From Candidatus Levybacteria bacterium RIFCSPHIGHO2_01_FULL_40_16 (GTDB taxonomy: Bacteria; Patescibacteriota; Microgenomatia; Levybacterales; UBA12049): a stretch of DNA of 64,000 nucleotides. Where the stretch lies: contig MFNS01000006.1 in assembly GCA_001783805.1 (NCBI GenBank), positions 34,095 through 98,094 of the forward strand, in the 5' to 3' direction. A program made the translations under genes and the position numbers. Positions 53,328 to 63,362 of this stretch are shown piece after piece (position 1 is the first letter of the stretch; every line of letters begins with the position of its first letter). The notes under the pieces are model-generated. The model was given only the letters and a program-made list of their open reading frames with translations, made no database searches and was not told where the DNA came from.

Positions 53328-54295
53328 ATCCTTCCATGAAAAAAGTTTTAATAACAGGAATTACCGGGTTTGCAGGAAGTTATCTTGCGCAACACCTCCT
53401 CTTGACCAAAAAATATAACATCAGCGGGACTTACCTATTTGGAAAAAGTTTAAGTAACGTTGAATATGCAGAAGGTAAATTAAACCTAATAAAAGCAGAT
53501 TTGTCTGAAGAAAAAAACGTGCTTGATATTATTCAAGATGTTTCTCCGTCAATAATTTTCCATTTAGCCGCACTAACGTCTCCGGCAGACAGTTTTAAAA
53601 ATCCAACGACAGCTATAACCAACAATATCTCCCTACAGGTAAATCTACTGGAGGCAGTAAGAAAGCATAATCTATCCAACACAAAAATTTTGATTGTTTC
53701 ATCGGCAGACATCTACGGACGGGTTGCAAAAAACAATTTACCTATTGACGAAGAAACGCCTTTGATACCAACCAGTCCCTACAGCGTGTCTAAAATAGCG
53801 CAGGATTTTTTAGGTCTTACCTATTTTTTGACCTACAAACTTAAGATAATAAGAGTAAGGCCCTTTAATCATATTGGACCCAGACAATCTCCGAATTTCG
53901 TTGTTTCCGCGTTTGCCAAACAGATAGCTGAAATAGAGAAAGGTATAAGAAGGCCGGTTTTGAAAGTCGGCAATCTTCAAGCAAAAAGAGATTTTACGGA
54001 CGTAAGAGATATGGTTAATGCATACATTTTAGCTGTTGAGAAGGGGGAAGATGGAGAAGTTTATAATATAGGATCGGGTATCTCTTATAAAATATCTGAT
54101 ATTTTGAATAAATTAATTTCCATGTCTTCTTCTAAGATAAAGATAGAAAAAGACGAAACTTTATTTAGACCAAGCGATAATCCTGATCTGGTATGTAATG
54201 CTGGTAAATTTATTAGCCTTACAGGCTGGAAACCTCAAGTTCCTATCGAAACGACTCTCAAGGAAACTCTGGACTATTGGAGAAATATAATTTAA
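53324..54295 (+). CDS. GDP-4-dehydro-6-deoxy-D-mannose reductase-like (Rmd / GMD-family SDR)
   Basis: ITGITGFAGSYL, YSVSK (YxxxK), PFNHIGPRQ; adjacent to gmd. Confidence 0.5.
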   Translation: MNPSMKKVLITGITGFAGSYLAQHLLLTKKYNISGTYLFGKSLSNVEYAEGKLNLIKADLSEEKNVLDIIQDVSPSIIFHLAALTSPADSFKNPTTAITNNISLQVNLLEAVRKHNLSNTKILIVSSADIYGRVAKNNLPIDEETPLIPTSPYSVSKIAQDFLGLTYFLTYKLKIIRVRPFNHIGPRQSPNFVVSAFAKQIAEIEKGIRRPVLKVGNLQAKRDFTDVRDMVNAYILAVEKGEDGEVYNIGSGISYKISDILNKLISMSSSKIKIEKDETLFRPSDNPDLVCNAGKFISLTGWKPQVPIETTLKETLDYWRNII

Positions 54296-54313
54296 AATTA
54301 AATAGGTACTTTT

Positions 54314-55279
54314 ATGAAGAAAGCTTTAATAACAGGAATTACGGGACAAGACGCATCATACCTTGCGGAATTTCTGCTTACAAAAGGATATAAAGTTTTT
54401 GGAACAACAAGAAGATCCAGCACGGTTAACAATGAGAGAATAGAACATATCCAGGATAAAATTACTATTTTACAAGGAGACTTGTTGGATCAGGGGTCGT
54501 TGTCTTCAGCGCTTTTGGAGTCTGAACCTGACGAAGTTTATAATTTAGCAGCTCAATCTTTTGTTCAGACATCTTGGAATCAGCCTGTTTTGACTGGAGA
54601 ATTTACCGCTTTGGGAGTGACCAGGTTGCTTGAGGCAATCAGAACTGTAAATCCCAAAATAAAATTCTATCAAGCATCCAGTTCGGAAATGTTTGGTAAA
54701 GTAACGGAGACTCCGCAGAAAGAAACGACAAGATTCCATCCAAGAAGTCCTTACGGTGTGGCCAAAGTTTACGGCCATTACATAACGATGAATTATCGAG
54801 AAAGTTTTGGTATTTTTGCCTGTTCGGGTATGATGTTTAATCATGAATCTCCCCGCAGGGGTTTGGAATTTGTGACCAGAAAGATAAGCCATGCAGTTGC
54901 GAGAATAAGCCTTAAAAAGCAGGAGCATCTTGAACTTGGAGCGCTGGAGCCAAAGAGAGATTGGGGATTTGCAGGTGATTATGTTGAGGCGATGTGGCTC
55001 ATGCTTCAGCAAGAGAAAGCAGATGATTATGTAGTAGCAATGGGAGAAAATCACAGCGTTAGGGAATTTTTGGATTTGGCTTTTAAAACAGTTGGAATTT
55101 CGGATTGGAGTAAGTATGTTGTCTCCAATAAAACGTCTCACATGCGGCCTGCAGAAGTTGACTATTTAATAGGGGATGCGAGCAAAGCCAAAAAAGTATT
55201 GGGATGGAAACCGAAAACAAGCTTCAAAGAACTGGTTGAAATGATGGTTAAAGCCGATTTGGTGCTGGAGAAGAAGTAG
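54314..55279 (+). CDS. gmd: GDP-mannose 4,6-dehydratase
   Basis: [38 protein letters not shown]: near-canonical GMD. Confidence 0.85.
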   Translation: MKKALITGITGQDASYLAEFLLTKGYKVFGTTRRSSTVNNERIEHIQDKITILQGDLLDQGSLSSALLESEPDEVYNLAAQSFVQTSWNQPVLTGEFTALGVTRLLEAIRTVNPKIKFYQASSSEMFGKVTETPQKETTRFHPRSPYGVAKVYGHYITMNYRESFGIFACSGMMFNHESPRRGLEFVTRKISHAVARISLKKQEHLELGALEPKRDWGFAGDYVEAMWLMLQQEKADDYVVAMGENHSVREFLDLAFKTVGISDWSKYVVSNKTSHMRPAEVDYLIGDASKAKKVLGWKPKTSFKELVEMMVKADLVLEKK

Positions 55280-55337
55280 AAATAAATCCCGCACCAACCC
55301 CATCGTTTAGTTCCAAGACAAGATTTAATATAAAATT

Positions 55338-56312
55338 ATGGATAAATCAAGAAAAAGAGTATTGGTAGCAGGTGGTGCGGGATTTATTGGTTCGCATTTA
55401 TGCAAAAGTTTATTAGACGGGAATTACAAAGTAATCGCAATAGACAATCTTCTGACAAGTACTAAAGATAATTTAAAAGATCTTCTAAAAAATCCTGAAT
55501 TCACATTTTTAGAGCATGATGTTACCGACCAAATTTCAAATTTCAAATTTCAAATTTCAAATTTGGACTATATCTTCCACTTGGCAAGTCCTGCATCCCC
55601 AAATCAAAAAAGCGCAAGGAGTTACATAAATCATCCAATAGAAACTTTACTTGCAAATTCACTTGGAACATATAATCTTTTGGAATTAACCCGTCAATTT
55701 AACGCTAAATTTTTATATGCTTCTTCATCCGAAGTTTACGGAGATCCCGCAATATCTCCTCAAAAGGAAGATTATTTTGGTAGTGTAAATCCAAATGGAA
55801 TAAGATCTGTGTATGATGAGGGAAAAAGATTTGGAGAAGCAATTACATCTGGGTACGTACGGAAATATGGTTTGGATGCTCGCATAATTCGTATTTTTAA
55901 CACTTACGGACCAATAATGCTGGCTGATGATGGAAGGGTGGTGTCTAATTTCATTAACCAGGCAATAGAAAATAAGCCGATTACAGTTTATGGAAAAGGT
56001 ACTCAAACAAGAAGTCTTTGCTATGTTGATGATATGGTTTCCGGAATAAAACTGGCAATGCTGACTCCGAATACCAAGGGAGAAGTTTTTAATTTAGGTA
56101 ATCCGGATGAGCGAAGCATTCTAGATATTGCAAAGCTTATTAAGAGTCTGACCAATTCAAAATCAAAAATTGTTTTTGAAGATTTGCCTATCGATGATCC
56201 AAAATCCAGAAAGCCTGATATCGCCAAAGCAAAAAGAATTTTAGGGTGGGAACCAAAAGTCTCAACAGAGAGAGGCTTACGAAAAACCATAGATTATTTT
56301 AGAAACATATGA
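55338..56312 (+). CDS. UDP-glucuronate decarboxylase (UDP-xylose synthase, UXS/ArnA-decarboxylase-like SDR)
   Basis: GGAGFIGSHL, HLASPASP, YDEGKR (YxxxK), RIFNTYGP; carries heptamer-encoded insert ISNFKFQISN. Confidence 0.7.
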   Translation: MDKSRKRVLVAGGAGFIGSHLCKSLLDGNYKVIAIDNLLTSTKDNLKDLLKNPEFTFLEHDVTDQISNFKFQISNLDYIFHLASPASPNQKSARSYINHPIETLLANSLGTYNLLELTRQFNAKFLYASSSEVYGDPAISPQKEDYFGSVNPNGIRSVYDEGKRFGEAITSGYVRKYGLDARIIRIFNTYGPIMLADDGRVVSNFINQAIENKPITVYGKGTQTRSLCYVDDMVSGIKLAMLTPNTKGEVFNLGNPDERSILDIAKLIKSLTNSKSKIVFEDLPIDDPKSRKPDIAKAKRILGWEPKVSTERGLRKTIDYFRNI

Positions 56313-57436
56313 AAATAGTGATCATCCCCGCAACTTACAATGAAAAAGGCAATATTGAACGATTGATTACGATTCTCGAAACAGAAGTTTTTCCAAAGCT
56401 CAAGAATCACGATATGTATATTTTGGTGGCTGATGACAATTCTCCGGATGGGACCGCGGATGAAGTAAAAAAGTTGATGAAAAAATGGGCGAATATCGGT
56501 ATCTCAAGTGGCATAAGGAATGGATTGGGAGCAGCCTACATTAGGGGGATGACGTATGCGGTTGAAAAATTAGGCGCCGATGTAATGTTTGAAATAGATG
56601 CGGACTTACAGCATGATCCACACAAAATTCCTGAATTTATTAAAAAAATTGAACAAGGATACGATATGGTTATAGGAAATCGGTACAGTGATGGCGGTTC
56701 GATTCCTGAGAATTGGCCTCTGATTCGAAAAATATTTTCAATTGCTGCCAATCTTTTTGTCAGAACTGTCTTTACGAAATTTTCCGTGCATGATTGGACA
56801 GGCGGATATAGGGCTTTAAAAAAGGAGGTTTTTCTTAAGGAGAAACCTAGGCTTACTAATTTCAGGGGATACATATTCCAAATTTCTTTTTTGCATAAAG
56901 CCGTAAGAGACGGATTCAAAATTGGAGAAGTTCCATTTCATTTTAGCGATAGGACTTTGGGCAGTTCCAAAATTGCCCCCTTAGGGTACATACTAGATGT
57001 AGTTGAATATGTGGTTATTTCAAGAATTAAGGAGTTGATTTTTGGAAAATTCGGAAAATTTTTAGTGGTTGGAGGATTGGGATTTGTTATAAATGCCGGT
57101 TTGTACGAGGCGTTGGTAAGGAATACCAATCTTCCTCTTGCGGTTTCTAATTTGATAGCCGCCCAATTTGCAATCTTTTCAAATTTTAACTTCAACAACG
57201 CATGGACATTTAAAACCCAAAAGGCAAACAGCATCTTTTCCTACTTCAGGAAAATGATAGGTTTTTTTACAACATCAAATATAGGAGTGATCCTTATCCA
57301 ATCGGGAATAATTCAGCTTGGAGATGTATTATATGGTGAAAAATATTACAGAATTTATTTTCTCATTGGAACATTTTTTCTCTTAATTTGGAATTTTACA
57401 ATGTATAGTAAGATCATTTGGAAAAAGAAGACCTAA
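56309..57436 (+). CDS. polyprenyl-phosphate glycosyltransferase, GT2 (DPM1/ArnC-like) fused to GtrA-like C-terminal domain
   Basis: N-terminal GT2 (VIIPATYNE, DDNSPDGT, DADLQHDP); C-terminal 4-TM GtrA-like. Confidence 0.7.
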   Translation: MKIVIIPATYNEKGNIERLITILETEVFPKLKNHDMYILVADDNSPDGTADEVKKLMKKWANIGISSGIRNGLGAAYIRGMTYAVEKLGADVMFEIDADLQHDPHKIPEFIKKIEQGYDMVIGNRYSDGGSIPENWPLIRKIFSIAANLFVRTVFTKFSVHDWTGGYRALKKEVFLKEKPRLTNFRGYIFQISFLHKAVRDGFKIGEVPFHFSDRTLGSSKIAPLGYILDVVEYVVISRIKELIFGKFGKFLVVGGLGFVINAGLYEALVRNTNLPLAVSNLIAAQFAIFSNFNFNNAWTFKTQKANSIFSYFRKMIGFFTTSNIGVILIQSGIIQLGDVLYGEKYYRIYFLIGTFFLLIWNFTMYSKIIWKKKT

Positions 57437-57461
57437 GGCCTCAATCTTAATTCAAAATAAT

Positions 57462-59015
57462 ATGTTTTTACGAATTTGGAAATTATTAACAAATAATAAA
57501 GTTGTATTTTTTTTCATACTTATTCTTGCTGCGTTTTTAAGACTTTATAAAATTGATGATTACATGACTTTTCTTGGAGATGAGGGGAGAGACGTTCTTA
57601 TTGTAAAGGGTATTTTGGAAGGACATTTTACTCTCTTAGGGCCTAGGGCTTCGGCTGCAGATTTCTTTACGGGACCTATCTATTATTATTTTATGGCACC
57701 ATTTTTGTGGTTATTTAATTTAGATCCGGTAGGTCCGGCTGTTGGAATTGCCCTTTTAGGAATAGCAACGGCATATCTGGTTTATCGTATCGGTAAATAT
57801 TTTTTTGGGGCACCAGCCGGGCTTTTTGCAGCAGCACTTTATGCAGTATCTCCAGTGGTCATTAGCTATTCACGTTCCTCTTGGAATCCAAATCCAATGC
57901 CGTTTTTCTCGTTGTTGATACTCTTTTTTCTATACAGATCAATTATGGATAAGTCATGGAAAATATTATTTTTTACGGGACTCCTTTTTGGCATTGCAAT
58001 GCAACTGCATTATATAGAGGTGTTTTTGGGGATTACGATTTTTCTCTTTATAATAATCTCAACCTATATATTGGAAAATAAAAAAAGAATAAAGATATGC
58101 GCCATGCGTTATGCGGAGTTTTTATTAGGATTTCTAATTGGTTTTTCTCCATTTCTTGCATTTGAGATTCGTCATGGGTTTCCAAATACTAAGACGATAT
58201 TAAATTTTATTTTTCATCAGGATCTTTACATTAAAGAGGTAGTTCGTACATCACCTATGCAAATTGTAGGGGATGTTTTTTTTAGATTGTTTGCGCGCTT
58301 ACTTACAAACTATCCTCCGCTAGATCGGCTGCATGATGGGACATTGATATTTACGTTGTGGCAACTAGGGGTAGTTATATTAGCGGTTGCGTCAATAATC
58401 GCACTGCTTAGGATAAAAAACAAAATTGCTTTATTATTATTTTCCTTATGGCTTTTTATCGGAGTATTAAGTTTCGGATTCTATAAAAAACCTATTTATG
58501 ATTATTATTTTGAATTCATGTTTCCATTGCCTTTTTTATTGATTGGAAATTTGTTTCACCAGCTTTATAAAAGCGAAAGAATGCATATCTACGGTAAAAT
58601 TATCTCGATTGGTTTATTCACGACTCTATTTTTATATAATTTATACTGGATGCCTTTTAAATTTGCCCCAAACAAACAAAAAGATCAGGTAAAATCAATT
58701 GCTGAATTTGTAGTTTCTAAAACAAATAGTAAGCCTTTTAATTTTGCTTTAATTGCCGCGCAAAATTCCGATCATGCTTATCGTTATTTCTTTAATGTTT
58801 GGAAGAGAGATCCAATTACGATAGAAAATGAGATTGTGGATCCGAAGAGGAAGACGGTTGCCAATCAGCTGCTGGTCATTTGCGAAGATAGGAATTGTGC
58901 ACCGCTAGGAAATTCTCTTTGGGAAATAGCAGGATTCGGCCGGGCAGAAATTGCTCAAGAATGGAATATCTCCGTTGTCAAAGTATTCAAACTTGTCCAT
59001 TATGAGGGAGTTTAA
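57462..59015 (+). CDS. GT-C glycosyltransferase, family 39/83 (ArnT/PMT-like)
   Basis: Multi-TM; N-terminal DEGRD-containing loop typical of ArnT/PMT GT-C enzymes. Confidence 0.6.
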   Translation: MFLRIWKLLTNNKVVFFFILILAAFLRLYKIDDYMTFLGDEGRDVLIVKGILEGHFTLLGPRASAADFFTGPIYYYFMAPFLWLFNLDPVGPAVGIALLGIATAYLVYRIGKYFFGAPAGLFAAALYAVSPVVISYSRSSWNPNPMPFFSLLILFFLYRSIMDKSWKILFFTGLLFGIAMQLHYIEVFLGITIFLFIIISTYILENKKRIKICAMRYAEFLLGFLIGFSPFLAFEIRHGFPNTKTILNFIFHQDLYIKEVVRTSPMQIVGDVFFRLFARLLTNYPPLDRLHDGTLIFTLWQLGVVILAVASIIALLRIKNKIALLLFSLWLFIGVLSFGFYKKPIYDYYFEFMFPLPFLLIGNLFHQLYKSERMHIYGKIISIGLFTTLFLYNLYWMPFKFAPNKQKDQVKSIAEFVVSKTNSKPFNFALIAAQNSDHAYRYFFNVWKRDPITIENEIVDPKRKTVANQLLVICEDRNCAPLGNSLWEIAGFGRAEIAQEWNISVVKVFKLVHYEGV

Positions 59016-59020
59016 CTTCT

Positions 59021-59056
59021 AAGAAAAACCCCACACCATGCAGTGAGGGGTTTTTG
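59021..59056. terminator. bidirectional intrinsic terminator (A-tract, CCCC-AC ... GTGAGGGG, T-tract) between convergent genes
   Basis: AAGAAAAACCCCACACCATGCAGTGAGGGGTTTTTGC. Confidence 0.5.
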
Positions 59057-59110
59057 CTTTGTTCTTGAAGGAATATTGCTAATCCATCAAGAAAAGTATC
59101 CCCAACAAAT

Positions 59111-59254
59111 TTAGGCTTTTCCAATTCTGTACATTCCTGTTCCACAAACTGGGCATTTGCCTTTCATTGCCGGTTTACCGTTTTTCATTGTAACTGCTTG
59201 AGCGCTTGGGTCTTCTCTCTTCGCTCTGCATTTTACGCAGTACATTGATGCCAT
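59111..59254 (-). CDS. small zinc-ribbon protein (47 aa; CxxC...CxxC), not in ORF track
   Basis: MASMYCVKCRAKREDPSAQAVTMKNGKPAMKGKCPVCGTGMYRIGKA; strong SD GGGAGGTG 7 nt upstream; terminator downstream. Confidence 0.5.
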   Translation of the reverse strand: MASMYCVKCRAKREDPSAQAVTMKNGKPAMKGKCPVCGTGMYRIGKA

Positions 59255-59278
59255 ATTTATTTTCACCTCCCTTCCTAG

Positions 59279-59542
59279 CTAATAATTTAAATTTGGTATT
59301 GAAAGAATGTGTCTTTTAAGAAGAAAGAAGAGAATAATCTGTGCCGCAATGATAGAGCAAGTTAATATTCCTGTCTTCGAAACGTCTTTTAAGACGTGCG
59401 TATTGAAATAAGAATTTTCATTAATTGAAATAGCGAGGGGAGAATTATTGGGAGGCGTATTCTTATTTTTGAAAATATAAACCTGATGACGATAATCTGC
59501 AATAATTTTTTCTTTACGGGTCTTTTTGTGCTTATGCTTCAT
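59279..59542 (-). CDS. hypothetical protein (basic N-terminus, C-terminal TM)
   Basis: ORF only; immediately upstream of zinc-ribbon gene. Confidence 0.25.
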   Translation of the reverse strand: MKHKHKKTRKEKIIADYRHQVYIFKNKNTPPNNSPLAISINENSYFNTHVLKDVSKTGILTCSIIAAQIILFFLLKRHILSIPNLNY

Positions 59543-59602
59543 AATAGCAAAAGACTACACTATTGACACGAGCCTGTCAAGAGGCTAAGATAATTAATAT
59601 CT

Positions 59603-60061
59603 ATGACGTCCAATTTTATCCTCTTAGGATTTTCAATAATTAGTTTATGGCTCTTCATCGTTTCAATTTTTCTCTGGAAGGCTTTGTCTCATTACAATAA
59701 ATTGGGACGGGGGTTAAAGGATAAAGATTTCAAATCGATTATGGAGGCCCTTTTGGAAGATACGCGTATTGCCAAAAAAGATATTAATGGTTTAAAGTTA
59801 TATTGTGACAAGATACAAAAAGACGGTTTTTTACATATTCAAAAGATAGGTTTGGTCCGTTTTAATCCATTTAAAGATACGGGAGGCGACCAAAGTTTTA
59901 TCCTGTCTCTGGTCGATGGAAATGATACGGGGGTCATAATCTCCGGTTTGTATGCCAGGTCAGGTACGAGATGGTATGCGAAAAGAGTCGTAGAGGGTAA
60001 ATCATTGGAACATGAGCTGTCTGACGAAGAGAAAAAAGCTCTCAAAGAAGCAAGGGCTTAG
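59603..60061 (+). CDS. DUF4446-like membrane-anchored protein
   Basis: N-terminal TM; GLVRFNPFKDTGGDQSFILSLVDGNDTGVIISGLYARSGTRWYAK block. Confidence 0.4.
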   Translation: MTSNFILLGFSIISLWLFIVSIFLWKALSHYNKLGRGLKDKDFKSIMEALLEDTRIAKKDINGLKLYCDKIQKDGFLHIQKIGLVRFNPFKDTGGDQSFILSLVDGNDTGVIISGLYARSGTRWYAKRVVEGKSLEHELSDEEKKALKEARA

Positions 60062-60066
60062 AAGAT

Positions 60067-61230
60067 ATGAGCAAAAATAAATTATTCAGTACTATATTGG
60101 TTGTAATTATCTATTTAATTTCTACCGGCACATCGTATATATTTTTTTCGGTAAATGCAGCATCTAGCGTTAAAACTACCTTGCCTACGGTTGGGACATC
60201 AGATAAGCTTACTTTTGACGAAACTCTTCCCAGGACAGAACCATGCCCAATGAATGGAACGCTTTACTCAAAACAACAAAAAGACTGGTGGGAAAAGCAT
60301 AGGCCCCTGGGAATAATGGTAGAAAACCATGCGGAGGCTCGTCCTCAATCGGGCTTGTCTTCTGCAGATGTCCTATATGAAGCGGTTGCGGAAGGCGGCA
60401 TAACTAGATTCCTGTCTATTTTTTATTGTCAGTCAGCTGAAGAAGTCGGACCAATCAGGAGCGCCCGCACATACTTCTTAGATTTTATTTCAGAATATGG
60501 GGTAAGTCCATTGTATGCTCATGTCGGAGGAGCCAATCAGGACGGTCCAGCAGACGCCTTGTCCCAAATTGAAGATTATGGTTGGGCAGGAGTCAACGAC
60601 ATGAATCAATTTTCTATTGGTTTTCCAACATTTTGGAGAGATTATGATCGATTAGGACATCCTGCGGCAACAGAACATACAATGTATTCAACAACAGAAA
60701 AACTTTTGCAATTTGCCGCTACTTCCAGGAAGTTAACAGCTGAAGATGAGAATGGAATAACTTGGACAAAAGGTTTTGTTCCTTATAGTTTCAAAGAAGA
60801 TGCTCCGGTGTCCCAGAGGCCTCCAAAGCAGACAATTCATTTAGAGTTTTGGGCAGAGGATCCTGCTTATGCTGTAGATTGGATATATGAGCCAATTGCA
60901 AATATATATAAAAGGAATAACAGAGAAGTTGCGCAGATCGATCGAAATAATAGTCAGCAACTAACTGCAAAAAATATAGTAGTATTATACATGTTTCAGA
61001 CTAATGCAAATGATGGGTATCAGGACAATCAGCATTTATTGTACAAAACAAAAGGAGTAGGGCGTGCAAATATTTTTATGGACGGGAAACAGATTACCGG
61101 TACTTGGAGAAAAGATAGTAGGACAGCCCGAACCCTGCTTTTTGATAACACGGGGTTACCAATAAAATTTGATCGAGGAACAATTTGGTTCGAAATTCTG
61201 CCTATAGGTGGAATATTGACTGTTAAATGA
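60067..61230 (+). CDS. DUF3048 domain protein (secreted/membrane-anchored)
   Basis: N-terminal TM; RPQSGLSSADVLYEAVAEGGITRFLSIFYCQ typical of DUF3048 (YerB-like). Confidence 0.55.
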   Translation: MSKNKLFSTILVVIIYLISTGTSYIFFSVNAASSVKTTLPTVGTSDKLTFDETLPRTEPCPMNGTLYSKQQKDWWEKHRPLGIMVENHAEARPQSGLSSADVLYEAVAEGGITRFLSIFYCQSAEEVGPIRSARTYFLDFISEYGVSPLYAHVGGANQDGPADALSQIEDYGWAGVNDMNQFSIGFPTFWRDYDRLGHPAATEHTMYSTTEKLLQFAATSRKLTAEDENGITWTKGFVPYSFKEDAPVSQRPPKQTIHLEFWAEDPAYAVDWIYEPIANIYKRNNREVAQIDRNNSQQLTAKNIVVLYMFQTNANDGYQDNQHLLYKTKGVGRANIFMDGKQITGTWRKDSRTARTLLFDNTGLPIKFDRGTIWFEILPIGGILTVK

Positions 61231-61355
61231 TGTATGCCACTACGCAATTATTTCAAGAATTCGACATATACCTACCGTAGCTTTCAAAATGATAATTAGG
61301 CTATTAAAATTGCTCAATTTGTTAGAATAATTGCTTCGTTAGGCATTATACTTAT

Positions 61356-61385
61356 TTGCATTTTGAAAACAAAGGGGTATATAAT
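61356..61385 (+). promoter_or_regulatory. candidate promoter (-35 TTGCAT, 18 nt, -10 TATAAT) with very short leader before 61400 gene
   Basis: Consensus hexamers; -10 ends about 15 nt before ATG. Confidence 0.4.
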
Positions 61386-61399
61386 CAGAGCAAGAGTTT

Positions 61400-61975
61400 A
61401 TGTTGTCTGATTTAATCACTTCGCAATCCAGAATAAAACTATTAAATGTCCTGTTGGCCGAGCCTACGGAAATGCTTCATGTTAGGGAGCTGGTAAGAAG
61501 AACGGGGGACGAAATTAACGCAGTCAGACGCGAACTTTTGTTTTTAGAAAAAAAAGGAATTCTCACCCGAGAACCTCGCGCCAATAGAGTATATTATTCA
61601 TTATCTAAAAATTATCTTTTTTATTTCGATCTTTTAAGAATGGGTGCAAAAATAGTAGGCCTAGGGGATGCGATATTAAAAAACCGCGTTAAGATTGGGA
61701 AAATAAAATATGCAATGTTTTCCGGAAAATTTGCAAGAAGAATGGAAAAAAGACCGACAGATGTTGACTTTATCATTGTCGGAACAATTGTACTGCCTGA
61801 ATTGGCGGTTCTGATCAGGGACGAAGAGAAAAGATTGGGGAGAGAAATTAATTATACAGTGATGACAGAGGAAGAATTTTCATTCAGAAAGAAAAAAAGA
61901 GACCCATTTATACTGTCCGTTCTCTTAGGATCTAGAGTCATGCTCTATGGGGACGAGGAAAGTATGCTAGCATGA
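61400..61975 (+). CDS. winged-helix transcriptional regulator-like protein
   Basis: N-terminal wHTH (LHVRELVRRTGDEINAVRRELLFLEKKGIL); C-terminal domain unassigned. Confidence 0.4.
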   Translation: MLSDLITSQSRIKLLNVLLAEPTEMLHVRELVRRTGDEINAVRRELLFLEKKGILTREPRANRVYYSLSKNYLFYFDLLRMGAKIVGLGDAILKNRVKIGKIKYAMFSGKFARRMEKRPTDVDFIIVGTIVLPELAVLIRDEEKRLGREINYTVMTEEEFSFRKKKRDPFILSVLLGSRVMLYGDEESMLA

Positions 61976-63333
61976 AAAAGAGTCCTCAATTTCTTCTTTG
62001 GTTTATTATTTTATTAACAATTTTGGGCATTGTTGTTAATCTTCCTTCAAAAGGTTTTCTTTCTTTCACAAAATCTTTATCCTTTAAGGAAGGATTGGAC
62101 CTTGCGGGAGGTACGAGTTTAACCTTGAAAGCGGACATGAAAAGCATAGATCAAGCTCAAAGAGGTAAAGCTTTAGAGTCGGCAAAAACAGTGATAGAGC
62201 AAAGAACAAACTATTTTGGAGTATCAGAACCCATTGTCCAAACCGCGGTTAGCGGAAATGATTATCGTGTAATTGTGGAATTGCCGGGTGTTAACATAGA
62301 TCAGGCAAAAAACATCATTGGTACAACCGCACAACTTTCTTTCTGGGAGGGAACAGCAACCAGCTCATCCGTTTCAGTTAAAACGCAGGCGGACATTCAA
62401 TTGCTTGTTGCAACCCAATCTGCGTATCCGCCTAGCGTAGTGTTAGCCTTAGGAACATATCCTAGTAAAACAGATCTTAGCGGAGCAGATCTCAAAGAAA
62501 CAAGCGTTGGATTTGACCAAAATAGTGGTAAACCCGAAGTGCAATTAAAATTTACATCTCAAGGCGCAAAGAAGTTTGCAGATATTACAAGTCGAAATGT
62601 TGGTAAAATCGTCGCAATTGCCTTGGATAATCAGGTCATCGAGGCGCCCCGCGTGAATCAGCCAATACTAACTGGAGATGCAGTAATAACGGGGGGATTT
62701 ACTACACAGACTGCAAATGCGGTGAGTAAATCGCTTAATGCAGGAGCGTTGCCGGTGCCTCTTGTGTATTTACAGCAGCATGGTGTGGAAGCAACTTTAG
62801 GCAGAGAATCCTTATTGAAAAGTCTTTTTGCAGGAGTATTGGGAATACTGATTATCATTATTTTTATGACTGTTTTGTACGGAAAATTGGGAATTATTGC
62901 AAGCGTTGCCTTAATAATTTATACCTTACTGGTTGCTTCGATTCTTAAAATTAGCAGCGTTACTCCGTACGCAATAACGCTGACGCTCTCAGGAATAGCG
63001 GGATTTATTCTATCAATCGGTATGGCGGTTGATGCGAACATTCTGATTTTTGAGAGAATGAAAGAAGAAAGAAGAAGTGGTCGGTCATGGCATGAATCAT
63101 TGGAATTAGGATTTACAAGAGCTTGGACATCAATCCGGGATTCGAATATCTCAAGTCTAATAACTTGCTCCGTTCTATATCAATTTGGAACGGGTTCTGT
63201 CAAAGGATTTGCGCTAACTCTGGCAATTGGAGTTTTGGTCTCTATGTTTTCGGCAATCGTTGTAACGCGAACATTATTAAATGTCATGCTGAACTCGTTT
63301 CAGCATCCGGTTCCTAAAGAGACGGGATCCTGA
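61972..63333 (+). CDS. secD: protein translocase subunit SecD
   Basis: N-terminal TM, periplasmic domain, C-terminal 5-TM SecD/F block; followed by secF. Confidence 0.85.
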   Translation: MKKSPQFLLWFIILLTILGIVVNLPSKGFLSFTKSLSFKEGLDLAGGTSLTLKADMKSIDQAQRGKALESAKTVIEQRTNYFGVSEPIVQTAVSGNDYRVIVELPGVNIDQAKNIIGTTAQLSFWEGTATSSSVSVKTQADIQLLVATQSAYPPSVVLALGTYPSKTDLSGADLKETSVGFDQNSGKPEVQLKFTSQGAKKFADITSRNVGKIVAIALDNQVIEAPRVNQPILTGDAVITGGFTTQTANAVSKSLNAGALPVPLVYLQQHGVEATLGRESLLKSLFAGVLGILIIIIFMTVLYGKLGIIASVALIIYTLLVASILKISSVTPYAITLTLSGIAGFILSIGMAVDANILIFERMKEERRSGRSWHESLELGFTRAWTSIRDSNISSLITCSVLYQFGTGSVKGFALTLAIGVLVSMFSAIVVTRTLLNVMLNSFQHPVPKETGS

Positions 63334-63355
63334 AATAAATTCAGGATGACACGGG
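63323..63355. repeat. hairpin element family A copy 2 (CGGGATCCTGAAA-taaa-TTCAGGATGAC), overlaps secD stop
   Basis: 28 of 32 nt identical to reverse complement of 3631..3661. Confidence 0.6.
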
Positions 63356-63362
63356 AGAAATT

